A DNA stretch of 63,610 nt, counting the filler, from Choristocarpus tenellus KU-1152 (Eukaryota > Protista > Phaeophyceae): assembly GCA_964200185.2 (NCBI GenBank). It is 8 parts of 8 records of this genome, joined end to end, with 100 filler letters (N's around TTAATTAATTAA, not from the genome) between each part and the next. Parts side by side here need not be neighbours in the genome. Positions count along the whole stretch, not along the records: positions 1 to 15,911 come from CAXNAD020000907.1; positions 16,012 to 19,598 come from CAXNAD020019090.1; positions 19,699 to 26,440 come from CAXNAD020007452.1; 5 more parts are not named here. One strand, 5' to 3'. Below, in pieces: positions 13,374 through 26,411 of the stretch (position 1 is the first letter of the stretch; each line of letters opens with the position of its first letter). The translations under genes and the position numbers were made by a program. Under the pieces are notes generated by a model that did no database searches, was not told the origin of the DNA, and worked only from the letters and a program-made list of their open reading frames with translations.

Positions 13374-14147
13374 GTAACGCCACTGGTATTCCCACTCTGC
13401 TGGTTGTTGGCCTGTCATGTTTGGTAAATGTGGGTGTAGGTGGCATCTGTTCTTGAGCAAGAAGTTGTTTGGGGATTCTCGTGAAGCAATCCCTTACTCT
13501 TGTTTGATCAGGAGGCAAGGAGGATGCAATGTGCATATGGAAAGGTTGGATTGGAGGTTGGCTGTGGAATTTATTTGTGCATTCGCAGTGGGGGTCGTGG
13601 TTTAGCATTTGAGTGGTGTATACTCTCCCCTTGTTACCACGGTTGTCCCACAGCAGAACAGGAGGAAGTCGGGGCTCCGGCAACGGCAAGCTCTCGGCAT
13701 GAAGTGGCCCCTAGGAGTGGTTTTTGTCGCCTTGATATTGTTAGCCTTCTGGCCAGCGGGTGTATCGTCAGTGACGGAAGACACAATGTTCAGCTCAAGT
13801 GGCTCAACGCTTTGAGGATGCAAAACCTCAACAATGATACTGGTGGAACTGAGTTATGAGTCGTGAACTCATCAGCAGATTTATTCACTTGTGTATTTTG
13901 GTTTGTAGGCACGTTTTGTATGAATGTCTTCTGAATATATAACATTTCTTTTTGTCATGTCTTGTTTTCTCACCTCCCCTCCTCTTGTCCCTCTGCCTGA
14001 AGGTAGTAGTTTCTGTATTCCTGATGGTGTTTACGTTGTACGGTTGGGGGGGCACACAGGAAAAACGTTTATTGTTGAGGAGGGAGGGGACACTGCTCAA
14101 CTGATCACATCTGGAAGTTTTTTCGAGGGGGAGGAGGTGGATTGTTT

Positions 14148-14409
14148 GACTGGAAGTATCTTGGAGGGTACGAGTTTTGCCCTGTTTGTCCATTTGAGGC
14201 TTGACTTCCCCCACGGCGTATTTTTATTACATTTTCCTAGTCCAAAATGTTTCAGAGTAGGAAAAATGTATACGTCATGAATAGGTGTGTCCGAAACACA
14301 GCTATTGATACTTCCTGGCAAACACGATAGCCAAAATTACATCACAATCGTAACATTGGATTTTGACCCCCAAATGGACAAGGCCCTACCCTCTAAGATA
14401 CTTTGACTC
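14148..14409 (+). mobile_element. MITE family 1, copy B (TSD TTT)
   Basis: GACTGGAAGTATCTTGGAGGGTACGAGTTTTGCCC...TACCCTCTAAGATACTTTGACTC. Confidence 0.92.
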
Positions 14410-15911
14410 TTTTATGTTGCACTTCAGTTACGTTTTGATATCATCTTCTGTTACTCTGATTCTAATATGTACAAGCAATTTTGTATTTTCTTTATTTAAT
14501 GACCCCTACGATCTTGATGCAGAGATTTGGAGCTCTAGACCTTCGACTTATCATACCATGTCAAAATGTGTGAGTGCTTATGGGAACGAACATATCTAAA
14601 CGTAACTGAAGTGCCTCTGACCTTTTGGGTCCCTGTATCTGCAATGGCGTACATGCATTCTGCCCTGTGGAGGGCACTTTCCGCGAACACTATTTTCGCT
14701 CCTTATATTCTCTTCCACTGCCACACAGCTATAGCCTTCTTAGAGTGTTTAACTCCATTTCAGTCATGAGCAAGGTGTATGTTGCACAAGGTTAGAAGAG
14801 GCCTTTGAATTCAAAACGGTCAAAATGGGCCCCCTCTTACACTCTAGATATTGTGACCTTATCTGTTTCCTCATTCTCACACTCCTGTTGGCAGCATCAT
14901 TCTAGTGTACTGCTGCACAAAACAGGCGTTTGGGATCTGATGCCCATATTGTTGTGTATTTATGAAAGAAGCAAATTGAGGAATAATTTCAACCCAGTGG
15001 TGGTAAGCATGGTGGAGGCTGACTGAGCTGCACTCTCCACAAATCTTCCAACCAACCAGTGTCCCCGTGATTCAATTGTTGTGGAGGTTGTTCCCTTCAT
15101 GAATTCCACTGGTTCAAACACGTTCGATGTCATAATTCTTTTCTTCTTGGAAATCTAGTTTCGACTATGGAATTCCACATGGCGAGCATTGGAGATCGTA
15201 CCCTTTCTTATAACCTCTTCCTGCATATGTCAAGTTTGTTCAGACAACTCACACAACGACCTTACTGCTCTTACCTCCAAACAACTTGGACACGACTTAG
15301 CAACTTCATCCATGATATATACATCTCCCTTGATACATTTATATCATTTTAATGCAATGTTTCAATATTCTACACAAAATAGGTGACAGGAGGTGTGTTT
15401 AAGTGGACGAAAACTACCCATATCCTGGCAGGATGCGAACTATTCTTGTCCTTTAGGTGGTGCGATTTTTTAACTCTCTGCAAATTGCGTGCTTCTTTCG
15501 TGCAAAGGCAGTTAGTTATCTTCCACACCCTAGAACACTTGGTCCTTAATATTGAAATTGAGCGCAGGTCTGTGCCAATGGATTAATTTCGCTTCCATAC
15601 TGGCTAGATAGAGAACTGGTTTCGACATTTTCTAATAAGAAAAGCATGTTCAAGACCTCCAAAGAATCAATAATTTGTTACTCAACCTAGTTGAAACAAG
15701 AACACTTCAAGACAATGATAATACAGTACCTATCCCGATTTTGTTCACCCATGGGTAGGCCCTAAGAAAGCGGCACAGAATCTGTATGGTATAATATCGA
15801 TTTTGTAGTAATTAGGGTTAGGGATAGCTGGGAATCAATCGTCGAAGCAACTAATTAATCGTGGTGAGCTGGGAAATCAATCGTCGAAGCGACTGCTTAA
15901 TCGTGGCGAGC

Positions 15912-16011
15912 NNNNNNNNNNNNNNNNNNNNNNNNNNNNNNNNNNNNNNNNNNNNTTAATTAATTAANNNNNNNNNNNNNNNNNNNNNNNNNNNNNNNNN
16001 NNNNNNNNNNN
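15912..16011. other. Artificial contig linker N44-TTAATTAATTAA-N44; also at 19599-19698, 26441-26540, 39420-39519, 43860-43959, 55405-55504, 60880-60979
   Basis: An identical 100-nt construct with stops in all six frames occurs seven times. Confidence 0.99.
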
Positions 16012-16124
16012 CATAGCATCGTTTTAAGGTCGTTGGATTTGAGTTGTACATCCTGGAAGGTGAGCATTGAGGGGCGCCTGTAACACCCTCGTAGTGGGTG
16101 TGCTTTCGCGCCTCATCCTATAAT

Positions 16125-16460
16125 ATTGTAATATAGTAGTGGTAGTAGTGGCAGTAGTAATAGTAGAAATAATAATAATAGGTAGTAGAAATAGCAGTAA
16201 GTAGTAGTAGCAGTAGTAAAAACAATCTGAACTACTACTAATAATAACAATAATAAGTAGCAGTAATAATTGTCATAATAAAACAATAATAATAACTTAT
16301 GTGATACCCATGTTCCAACTAAGACATACCTTTAAGGTGAAGTTCGTTGAAGTATATAATTTAACAATAATAATATCAACAATTATTATTATTGTTATTA
16401 TAAACCAACAAGAGGAAGTAGAAAGAAGAAAAATAATAACATCAGCAACAATAAATAATA
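16125..16460. repeat. Low-complexity (TAG/AAT)n degenerate microsatellite region
   Basis: Runs such as agtagtggtagtagtggcagtagtaatagtag and aataataacaataataag. Confidence 0.8.
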
Positions 16461-17127
16461 ATCACAAATGTGATAGCCATCTTCTAACTAAGGTACAACC
16501 TTAAGGTGGACTTCGTTGAGAAGATATACTTGAACATTTATTTGCTTGTTGAAGTAAATTTTGGGTGGTTTGAGTAGACCTTACAAACCCTCCTCATCCA
16601 TTTTTGACTGTTCACTCTTGCCGAAGTGACATTCTGAAGGATTGTTCACCCTCCTGCCTTATCTCTCTTCATTCTCTTCCTCCTGCGGGTCTTCCCACTC
16701 CCCATCAGTCTGAAGAACCTGTTTGTCTGTTGCGATCTGTTTCACACAATCACAACAATAATAGTAGGAAGAAGAGGCGTAATAAAATTGTGAACAATAT
16801 ATCTTCAATATTCACAGAAGTCCTCGGCCACGCATGCTTCTGCCTTCCTAACACCACATAGAGGTATAGTGACAATGTGAACACAGACCAAAAAGATATC
16901 CTCCTACAGAACGAGTTCAGAGTAGGGGGAGGTCATAAACGGGTTCCTAGTGAAGAGTGGACCCTTTTTTTGGAGATGTCAGCGTTAGGAATCCGTCAAG
17001 CACAACCCTCTTTGGACAAATCGACAGGCCTTTCATATGGTACTAGATGAAACCTTAAAGGCAAACGTCTTGCTACAGCATATTGATACCTGTGTACAAT
17101 AGGACTTCATGCCTCCAATGCTTAAGG

Positions 17128-17297
17128 AACGTTTTTTAGCGAGTGTACACAGCGTCACAGTTGTTCTAAGAACATGATTTTTGATCATTTCTAGCTAACA
17201 TGATAATCTGTTACACTTGCTAAAATTATGATGTTTTAGGATGCCTAGTAAATTAGCGCCCGAGACATACTGTTATGCCTACTCACTAAAAACGTGT
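17128..17297. mobile_element. Small inverted-repeat (MITE-like) element
   Basis: ACGTTTTTTAGCGAGT near 17130 and ACTCACTAAAAACGT near 17281 are imperfect reverse complements. Confidence 0.35.
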
Positions 17298-18689
17298 TGT
17301 GAACGGTGATAAATTGAAAAGCTAGACGTGATGAATGATAGAAGTATTATTTATTTTCTCCAGGTTGTACTACTCTTGCCTCAGATACTACAAGCAGGAG
17401 ATCATGCCTCCGGCGAAGAACAACCACAGAAAAGAGTGTCCAAATTTCACCTCCCAAGGACCCCATTCTAGCTGGGGGGTTCTTTTGCCTCGTGTGCTGA
17501 CAGTTAAAATCGAGTTAGTCAAAAACTTTTCGTCCATATTTTTTAAACTGAAAATTCCTTCAGTTCACAATGCTACTAAAGAGATGTGAAATGATGTTAA
17601 ATGTATCTACCTGTAGATATAACCAATCAGGTCGATTAAACCATTGCAGTTGGATTTCCTACAATCGCCCTTCTTGGAAGTGTACACAAGAAAAAGTAAA
17701 CTTCGATAACTCCCTCCCAAAAAAAGCAACCCCTCCGACCTAGGTAATTTAGAAAGAGTCAAAGTAAACGAGAGGAAACCAGAGTTGCGTTTCAAGGATC
17801 TATACAAATATGTGCACAATTCGGCTTTTTTCAAAAGGAATGTAGGATCATTTCTGAGTTCTCTCGAAAATTCTCAAGCAACAGAGAAATCAGCAGTCTC
17901 AAGTCAAACTTAGCACTTCGTCCAGAGAAACATGGGTGCATTGCAAAGAAAAACGAAAAACTACCTTCAACTGCAAAACGGTCGTAACCTGGGTACCTCT
18001 CGTATTGTTTAACTCAAACCTCCCATCCACATTTGCAAAGAACGATATTGCTTACACTATCTAGTAGTGGCGTAACTATCACTAGGGGCAAAGTTGTTAC
18101 TATTATCATACTATTATTATCACGGTTAATTCTTCTTCTTCGCATTAATTGGACCAAAGATGTTACATGACGGATCGGCAGTCAAGATTCTCGACGGCTC
18201 AGTGGGCAAACAAGGGTGTTTTACTAGGCCTCAACACTAGGAACACCTTCCCACATTTATTTGGAAACTCCTATGCACATGCTGCATCCATATACATATT
18301 ATGCCATCCACTTCATCAATCCACAAATCTACATCGAATGTTACGCTCAAGTGGTACACTTGTGGTTTTGTCATAAAGCACTTAGGGGCTGTAGTTCTTA
18401 CGGAAACAACCTCAGCAAGGGTTTTTGTCCACAGTTCCCTAGAGGAGAGGGAGTTTGGGGCAGGTTGTACATTCGGGGCTTGATCCGGTATTGTAAGATA
18501 CCCCAGTTTGATGCCTTTTTTTAGGGAGATTTTTTTAAATTTAGTCCAAGCAAGGGGATAAAAAAGAAAGGTATGTTCAGATGAAGAAAATCGCCCTTAA
18601 ATTTGACACGTTCACTATTGGTATGGGAATCACTACAGGGTCACGTAGCCCCCGAGTGGATGCCTATTCCCCCCTCTAGGATACTATAG

Positions 18690-19430
18690 GTCTTTTTTGA
18701 CCTGTCGACTGGTCTTGGTGGTGATACCAGCTCCATTGCTTGATGATGATGCCTTGAATTAAAGTAAACAGACTTGCCAATATTCTTGTAGTGCTGGCCG
18801 AAAGTTCAGATCTATCTGTGCACGATGTTTGTAGATTTATTGCAAAGTAAAATAAATTCGCAAACATGGTCTCCATCTTCAACTCCAACATGGTCAACCT
18901 GAATGGCCTGACCATCTTCACAATCACTGTCATCACCCGGGCCAAACTTTCTTGGGTCTTGGACACAATGCCCACATCACTATCAGCAAAGAGCATACCC
19001 CACAGGCGCCACTCAAGATTTACCCCACTCCTTTGTTGTTGTTCCTTTGACCTACTTGTTTGTTGCAGCTTCCCTTGATGACAACAAGGTCCTTGGAGAT
19101 GGTCAAGTCAGAGTCGAACTCCTTAACTGCTATGCTTAGCACACCAGTGAAGATGTTAATAAACAGGACAGGGTGTGGGCTACAACACACCACCATTGTT
19201 GCTGGAGGTCTTGTCTGACGTTAAACAAACCCGTACACTCTCCATCATCCATGCAGGCACATGTGCTCTCTTTTGAATTGGAAAATGACTGAGATAATCT
19301 TCTCAGGCACTACTCTAATCTTGGCATGTACAGCCCGCAGGAGATTAATTGGTGGTAAAGAGAATCATATGCTTTCTGCGGGTCATAAAGCAGTGGTATC
19401 TATCGATAATAACTTATCTATCGTTTTCAT
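18690..19430 (-). mobile_element. LINE (RTE-like) reverse transcriptase remnant
   Basis: MLFADSDVGIVSKTQESLARVMTVIVKMVRPFRLTMLELKMETM matches the LINE RT pattern MLYADDAGIVSxSxxxLxxMMxVIVxxxxxFGLTVSExKTExM. Degraded QGCVLxPxLFNIF-like sequence lies upstream. Confidence 0.8.
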
Positions 19431-19556
19431 TCCACCTCTCCTCCCTTCTACCTGAACTGTATTAATATATACTCCGGAGTATACAGTAGTCATCCATTGG
19501 AATACCACCCACCCCTCTTTTTTTTGAAGATATTCGAAGAGATGGATTGGTACAAA

Positions 19557-19598
19557 GACCCAAAGTATCTGGGAGGGGAGGGGGATCTACACCAGGGT
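19557..19598 (+). mobile_element. TIR end of MITE family 2 (G-run variant), truncated by contig end; other ends at 19699-19736, 39412-39419, 39520-39542, 43960-43994, ~54765-54880, 55346-55404
   Basis: GAC(C/T)CAAAGTATCTGGG(A)GGGG or its reverse complement recurs, and shares the AAAGTATCT core with family 1. Confidence 0.75.
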
Positions 19599-20135
19599 NN
19601 NNNNNNNNNNNNNNNNNNNNNNNNNNNNNNNNNNNNNNNNNNTTAATTAATTAANNNNNNNNNNNNNNNNNNNNNNNNNNNNNNNNNNNNNNNNNNNNAG
19701 ACTCCCCTCCCTCCCCCCCCCCAGATACTTTGGGTCTTCATGAAGAACAAAAAAATACACAATCAAGAGGTTTCTGCGACAGAAACAAGCTGCAACCCCC
19801 TGTTAAAACACCGTCTACTAGAAAAACCAAGAAAAAATGATCTTGAACTGGTATGGACGTATGAACCCTTCACGCCCAACATCATTATATTTGTATTATT
19901 TATCATCCTTTCACCGCATCACAGTAACTTTACACACCAACGTCCCCAGCAAATATGCTGTTCCAAATTACCTAACCCTAACCCTAATCTGGATGGCAGC
20001 ACTGTTCAGGTAAGAAAAAATCAAGTCATTTCACTTACGTTTTGCATATTTTTACTATCTTCCATCCCCGACAGTTACATTTATGACAGTTACATTCACG
20101 GCTCACAAAAACTGTGCGTTTCGTTTTTGTCTTAC

Positions 20136-21636
20136 CGGTGTGTTGTTCAACTCCGAAGCCTCCCGCTTTCGTTCCATGGAGTACAGGATAGGATCGCTGA
20201 CAGCAAGCTTCGCAAGGCGCTCTGCCTTTGCTCTAACATGACAAGGGACAGGGCAAAACCCCCCCCCAACCAACCAAACAACACAAACGCAACGGGGGTG
20301 AGCAAAAAAAGGCAAGCCGAACCAAAAGTAAGGGAATAGAGGGGAGGGTGAGGGCATTGTTAGCCAGCCTTGGGTGTAGTCAGCACTTTCTTGTTCTAGA
20401 GGAACTGGGAGAGTGTTGATTCACTGTAGAGGAGCACAAAATGCCACAGTCGTCGGGTGCTGGGTGGCAGGGAAAACCACAATATTAGTTACACCGCAGT
20501 GACATGAATGCCATTTTTTTTTTTTTTTTTGTGACAAGGAAAGCGGAAACATCAGTCAAGCGTCAGAAGTTTTTCTATGCTGCCTGTTCTCACATAAACA
20601 AGCATGAACTCCACGTGCATTGCAGAGAACGCTGGAGCGAAGTAAATGAAAATACACCAATTGTTTAGCCCCATCACCCCTGTGGTCGCACTACTGCCAT
20701 TGTCTCGACTCACTTGGTCATCCCCTTTTCTGTCATCAATCCCGCAACGGCGTCTTCGAATTTGGGGTCGCTACGTGCCTTGGAATCAATCTGTAACCGA
20801 TATGGTACAGTTTTATTAGAGGAAGAGGTGGTGGTTGAAAGATCAGTGTTGGATAAAGTGTGAATACTATAAGGAGGGCATGGCTTTGTTGGTTTTATGT
20901 TTTTCTCTCCAAGCAACGGCATATTCCATTGCATTTACTCTAGCGAATGTGGATCGGGAAATGCCAAGTTAGAAGGAGTCACCCAAACACGCGAGGGTCG
21001 ACAGATTGCACGCCTATCAAAGGTGAAAGGTGGAGATCAGGCCTGCATATTGGTAAAGTCGACCTAATACCATACGAATAGCATCACAGTTAAAACGCAC
21101 GACGATATGGACACGGGGAAGACAACGATGTACACAATATACTCATGGGGTCGTGAAAACAACTGTGCTCAAGTGAGTGAGTCCCTCACACCCCTTCAAG
21201 GACAATCACTGCGATCCTTTGTGCACTTCCCCCCAATAAAGCATAAGAGCCAGATACACACCGTCGAAGAAGTGCACAACAAGTGCATCTAATCACGCCT
21301 GACCGCCCTATTCATCATCGTAAATCAACACAACGAATGCAGACTTCTACCAGAAAACAAACCAGTCCTACTTTCAGAACACCGCAACACTCTCACCAGT
21401 TCCATCTGCCACTTGCGGAAAGCAGTATAAGGATTTACGAATCCACCCTCCTCTCCGTCATCACTCGCAGCTCTCAGTGGCTGACTCCTTGCGCCACGTC
21501 GTCCAACATGAACATTGGTTGCACGTCCACCAGACACTCGCACTCCCGGTCCTACTCCCACAATAACAAATGCCATTGATTGAACCAAGAGACAGTTCAC
21601 GACTGTTGCAAGCATGAGCACCCGTGCAAGAACCAT
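20136..21636 (-). CDS. Plastid-targeted protein of unknown function, 3'-partial; exons 21636-21397, 20790-20714, 20232-20136
   Basis: GT/AG junctions are in phase. Protein: MVLARVLMLATVVNCLLVQSMA-FVIVGVGPGVRVSGGRATNVHVGRRGARSQPLRAASDDGEEGGFVNPYTAFRKWQMELIDSKARSDPKFEDAVAGLMTEKGMTKAKAERLAKLAVSDPILYSMERKREASELNNTP. It has a signal peptide, an A-F cleavage motif and an Arg/Ser-rich transit peptide, typical of complex-plastid targeting. Confidence 0.8.
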
Positions 21637-22115
21637 GATTGCAATGTTCCAATTAGTCAAGTTGATACTGGGGTGCGGCGTGTTAGGAGTTTGGTTACAA
21701 CTCAGCCTGTGGGAGTTCAAATGCATGGAAGGCGATAGTTAAGATTTTGATTGACATTTTATAATACATTACAAACTAAGTAATATCTCGGAGTCTAACG
21801 GGTTTGGTCGACCTGCTGCAAGTCACTCAAGGGCGTATGCGTTGAGGGGTGCTTCCGAAAGACTACTGACCAAGTTCGCGGGGGTTTGGGAGGGTAATGT
21901 CAACTTAGAACAATAATTGCATCTGTTGGTGGGTCTACCTCTTGAAAACTTCACACCACCAAAAAGAACCACATTGGGGGATCTTCTCTTTGGTGGTACA
22001 TCTCTACCTTTACCTATCAACATCGACTGATTTTACTGTGCTGGTGACTTGGAGAGGTGCTCACACGGGTCGCTAAGTTTCACTTCTCTTTGGGGCTGTG
22101 ATTGAGATCGCCTAA
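21637..22115. promoter_or_regulatory. Probable bidirectional promoter (479 bp between divergent start codons)
   Basis: Head-to-head ATGs at 21636 (-) and 22116 (+), in a locally CpG-rich region. Confidence 0.6.
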
Positions 22116-23950
22116 ATGTCTTTGTTCGGCACTCCTGCCCCTGCCCCAGCGGCCAGTGGGTTCAACTTTGGAGCCCCCGCACCCGCACCTGCTACGCCTG
22201 GAGCAGGGGGTTTCTCCTTTGGGACCAACAACCCTGCCCCTGCCCCTGCTCCTGGTGCATTTGGCAGCACACCTGCCCCTACTCCGTCAGCTTTTGGCGG
22301 GTTTGGCACACCAGGAGCCCCAGCACCAGCCACAAATTCTCTCTTTGGAGCTAAACCATCGGGATTCGGATCTTTTGGGACCCCAGCCCCTGCTCCAGCA
22401 CCGTCTGCAGGGTTTGGAGCTTTTGGAGCTTTTGGAGCTCCAGCTCCGGCACCAGCTCCGGCAGGCTCAGGTGGTGGAGGGTTGTTTGGATTAGGGTTTG
22501 GGCAGCCTTCTACAGGGATGACACAGCAGCAACAGGTAATTGCACATACCAGTGCCGACAGAAAAAATATACCGCATAGATATTTGTGTCTAGGGCTTGA
22601 TGTTGGGTGAGAGGTTGCCATCCCATTTGAGCATTTGCTTGATGAACTTGATGAACCAGGCCACCTCGAGATCACTCTATTCCTGAACCTTTCTGTGTGT
22701 TATCCGTGGCAGCCTTACTGATTTTCGCACCTTATCAAATGTTGCTTTAAAATTGAATGCAAGAATCTTCACAGCTCTGAATTATTGGTGAGTTGTTGGT
22801 CTACTCTTTGAAGATCTTGCAAATTTCATTGTCTATACCAAATTTCAGTAACCATTATTCTTACTGAAATGTCTGCGCTAGTAACCAAGCTGTGCACAAC
22901 GAAAACAAACCTCTCAACACAAGTCCTCACTCCTCTGCCCCAATCCCGATTTCTAAATTCTACACAAGCAGCAGCAGCTACAGCAGCCTGCCTTTGGAGC
23001 TGCAGGTGGTGGTGTAGTGAGTGCAGTAGGGTCTTCGTCTGCTTCCGAAGAGGCCCTGACCCGGCTTCAGATGGCGTACTTAGAAAAGCTCCCTAACCAA
23101 CAACCTAACCCGGCATGCCGGATGAAGGTGGGAGATATGTACATTCAAATCCATGAGAATTGTAAACCCTGACCTTACCGTGTAGTAGATGTTTATTAAG
23201 GACGAATGTAGTAAAATAGGTCCGCTATGAATCATCTATTTTTCTGTCTGGCTTGGAATCAGGACCACCACAACCACATACACAGGCGTACCCTTGACAA
23301 ATGCTTAGAAGTATATTTTGCCGGATTCTTTGGGGTCCGTTTAATTTTTTTCCACAACAGTGGAAGGCGTTGCGCTTGCGGTCACGGTAGACCCGGTTGT
23401 GCTGGCGAATGCCTTGCCTCAGTGACAGACTTTCATGCTGGTGCTGGAGATTAAGTTACGTTCAGGGAAACGTTTTGGCTTAGTAGGTGTTTAGGATATC
23501 TGCCTGTCCCCCTACCTTCCCTTGCTCTGTGTTCCCGACAACAAGTGCAATGACATTCAGGCGCAAGGGGGTATATACCTCATTAATGTATACAACACTT
23601 AATAAGGTATACCAGTACAATTCGTGTCGTTAGTTGTTTGGCTTTCAAGACCCCCCCTCGTTTGTGAACAGAAGTGTGATGTCTGGAGCGTGGTAGAACT
23701 CCATGAAAAAAACATGCACACACACACACACATTACTCCAGAATAAACATGCCAACAGTAATTAAATAAAATAAAGTAAATGTGATGCAACTCGTTAACA
23801 AGACCGCTTCGACCCTCCTGCCATACCCCTAACCCTAACACCTTCTGATGTGTGATTTATGCACAGCACCTCCTGTACAACGTGGTGGATCCTTCCCTTA
23901 GGCACACCTATATATGTCCCCCTTACATCGACCCCAAGGCATGGGAGAAG
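22116..23950 (+). CDS. NUP54: FG-repeat nucleoporin Nup54, 3'-partial; exons 22116-22535, ~22969/22972-23127, 23867-23950
   Basis: The N-terminus has many FG repeats with PAPAP spacers. It is followed by LQMAYLEKLPNQQPNPACRMK|HLLYNVVDPSLRHTYICPPYIDPKAWEK, matching the Nup54 alpha/beta domain start (NPxCxF..YN.V...Y..P...W). Confidence 0.85.
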
Positions 23951-25453
23951 GTGAGGGGAAAGAGCGAGTGAGCGCATCCGTTTTTTTTTTTCTGATTTTT
24001 TTATTTTATGACCTCTGAGGCGTGGAGGTATGTCGGGAGACCAGGCACTTGTAAATGTTCCCTTTCATACTTTTTTTTGTCAAGTAAAGTGATACTCAGA
24101 GGGAGGATGATGATCCCTGTTTCCTTTGCTTTGTTAAGCTGTAATATATATATATATGTATATAGTTATTCATGTCTCAGTAGAGCAGCAAGCCGTTTGA
24201 AGATAGTGGGTGTGTTGGCAGGGGATTGTCAACTGCCTTGGTAGTCAACAGTCTTATAGGGCCATGAAGATGGAGGTGGCTGCTTGGGGAGAGTGCGGCA
24301 TTTGTGGGGGGTGGTTGCCCTTGTATTATGCCGGGTATGTTCCCAGGCTCTGACTCTATCAAGTATTGAGATGACACGACACTGCTTAGTAGCCACTCTG
24401 CAGCCAAACCTTTGAACAGGAGCACATGCATTTGGGGTCGCCATTGGCATGTGGGGAATTGTTTGTCTCACCAACTAAACCTTGGTACAACACTTTCATA
24501 CCCACTATCACACAAGTATTCAAGCGCCGTTCTTGGACTGGTTCAGGACGCTGCCCTGGTTGAATAGGCACGTCCCAGGGGCACCTGGTGGACCTGAGGT
24601 CGTTGACCTGGACTAGGTACTGCATGAGCATGTGTGGCTCCGTGAGCAACGATGTCATTGATGATGTCATTGATGATGTCACTGGTGGTACACAGTGGGG
24701 TAGGTGGTGTACTTGGGGGCGATTTGGGTTGTGATTGACCTGGAGAAATCCCACACAATCTGTTGAATATTCCACACTGGACCCTGGGCCGTGTGCCTTG
24801 ATAGAGGACAATGAATAGCTTGGTGTAGGTATAAAATACTAGTGTTACAAGGGACTTGTGGTCTCGATTCCGTTGACTGAATTGGTGGGGGGTGGGACAT
24901 GCCTAGACTACCATTACTATTCTGATAGTGTGGGGTTTGCAATCGTCCACACTAATTTGCTATGAATCACTTATTTACTTGTCTTCAGTATAGCCAGTGC
25001 ATCTTGAATACGACACAATAATCAATCAACACTATGAGTCAGTACATGCTATATATCTGTCACTGGCTCTCCATCCTATTATCTATTCCACCGGTGGTGT
25101 CTATAGTGTATCAGCAGCACTATATAAGAACACCGTCAAGTGTCAACGATTCTCATATCGTAGATGATTGACAAGGACAAGGCCGTGCTGTTGGAGAGTG
25201 GGGGTATTGGATGGAGATGCAGGTGTTCTGAGCGTGAAGCGAGCGCTGGGAAAACTGTTCGTTGATTTGATTTAGGTGTGAGGGGGGACACGAGCCCGTT
25301 TTTCATCTACTCTGAGAGATACTCTGAGAGATGACAATCGATTGTAGTGGATATAAAAAGAAAATGTTGTATTTAGGTGTAGGTGTGTGTTTTGGGGTTG
25401 AGTACCACGATAGAACAGACCCGATGCCACTGATGGAAGTGTTGGAGGTGTAT

Positions 25454-25491
<38 letters not shown>

Positions 25492-26364
25492 CAAGCTGTC
25501 GTTTGGTTTGCAATGACTGCAGTAGGCACAGGGTCTTCTTGTAACGACTGCTCTGTACGTTGTATGAGGGATTTGGTGCCAAAGTGGCCTCTTCTTGGCA
25601 TTTTTGGTTGTATCAGAGCATAAGAGTCTGAGGACAAGCACTGAGGAACCTTCCTCTTGGAATAGCGTTTCGAGTTGATCTTTTTGCTTTGAAATGTTGG
25701 ATTTTTCCCCCCCCTCCCCCGCTTCCCTCTGGACCGTGTCAGAATGTGTGTTGTGAGCATGAAAACAACATGGAAGGGCTTACACCAGTCTGACTATTAG
25801 TTGGTCCAGTATGGTCCTGCTAGGGTCCTTAGCCCTGGTCTGCACCTTATGAATCGCGTGTTGCCTGTGCCTTTGTCAATATGTGGGTAAACCACCGTGG
25901 TTATTACTGTGCTTTTAAACCTTCACTTTTATAGTTTGAAATTGCAATATGCTTTGCACAGCACTTTCCGAGTGCATGTTTGTAAGGTGTAACTGCAAAT
26001 GATGATATGTATTCATTTTGGTGAATGATCGAGTGCGAACCGCCTAGACAGGTGTGGACTACCTGAGATCTGACCCAACCCTGTCAAGAAATGTCCTCAT
26101 CAACCTGAACCACAGCCTGGTCCCATTGAAGTCCTGGACCTGTTGAACAATACTTTCCCCAGGCTGTCCTGTAGACTGGTCCTGATAAGACCCCTAGGGT
26201 CCTGCACCGATCCTATTAGGAAGCACTCTTACCAAACCGGCCTGTGGTCTGCCCCTGTCACAGTTACCTGGGCCATTTTGAAGCCCTGCCAGTTTTCTGC
26301 AACGTGTATTTTGATGTGGAAGGATGAATTGTTTCCGCCACTTCTCTTGACATTTAACAGTGCA

Positions 26365-26411
<47 letters not shown>

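Noticed and set aside
22102-22675. Long overlapping ORFs (187 aa antisense GAGAGA-rich; 130 aa alternative frame)
   Set aside because: Shadows of the low-complexity FG/PAPAP Nup54 exon.
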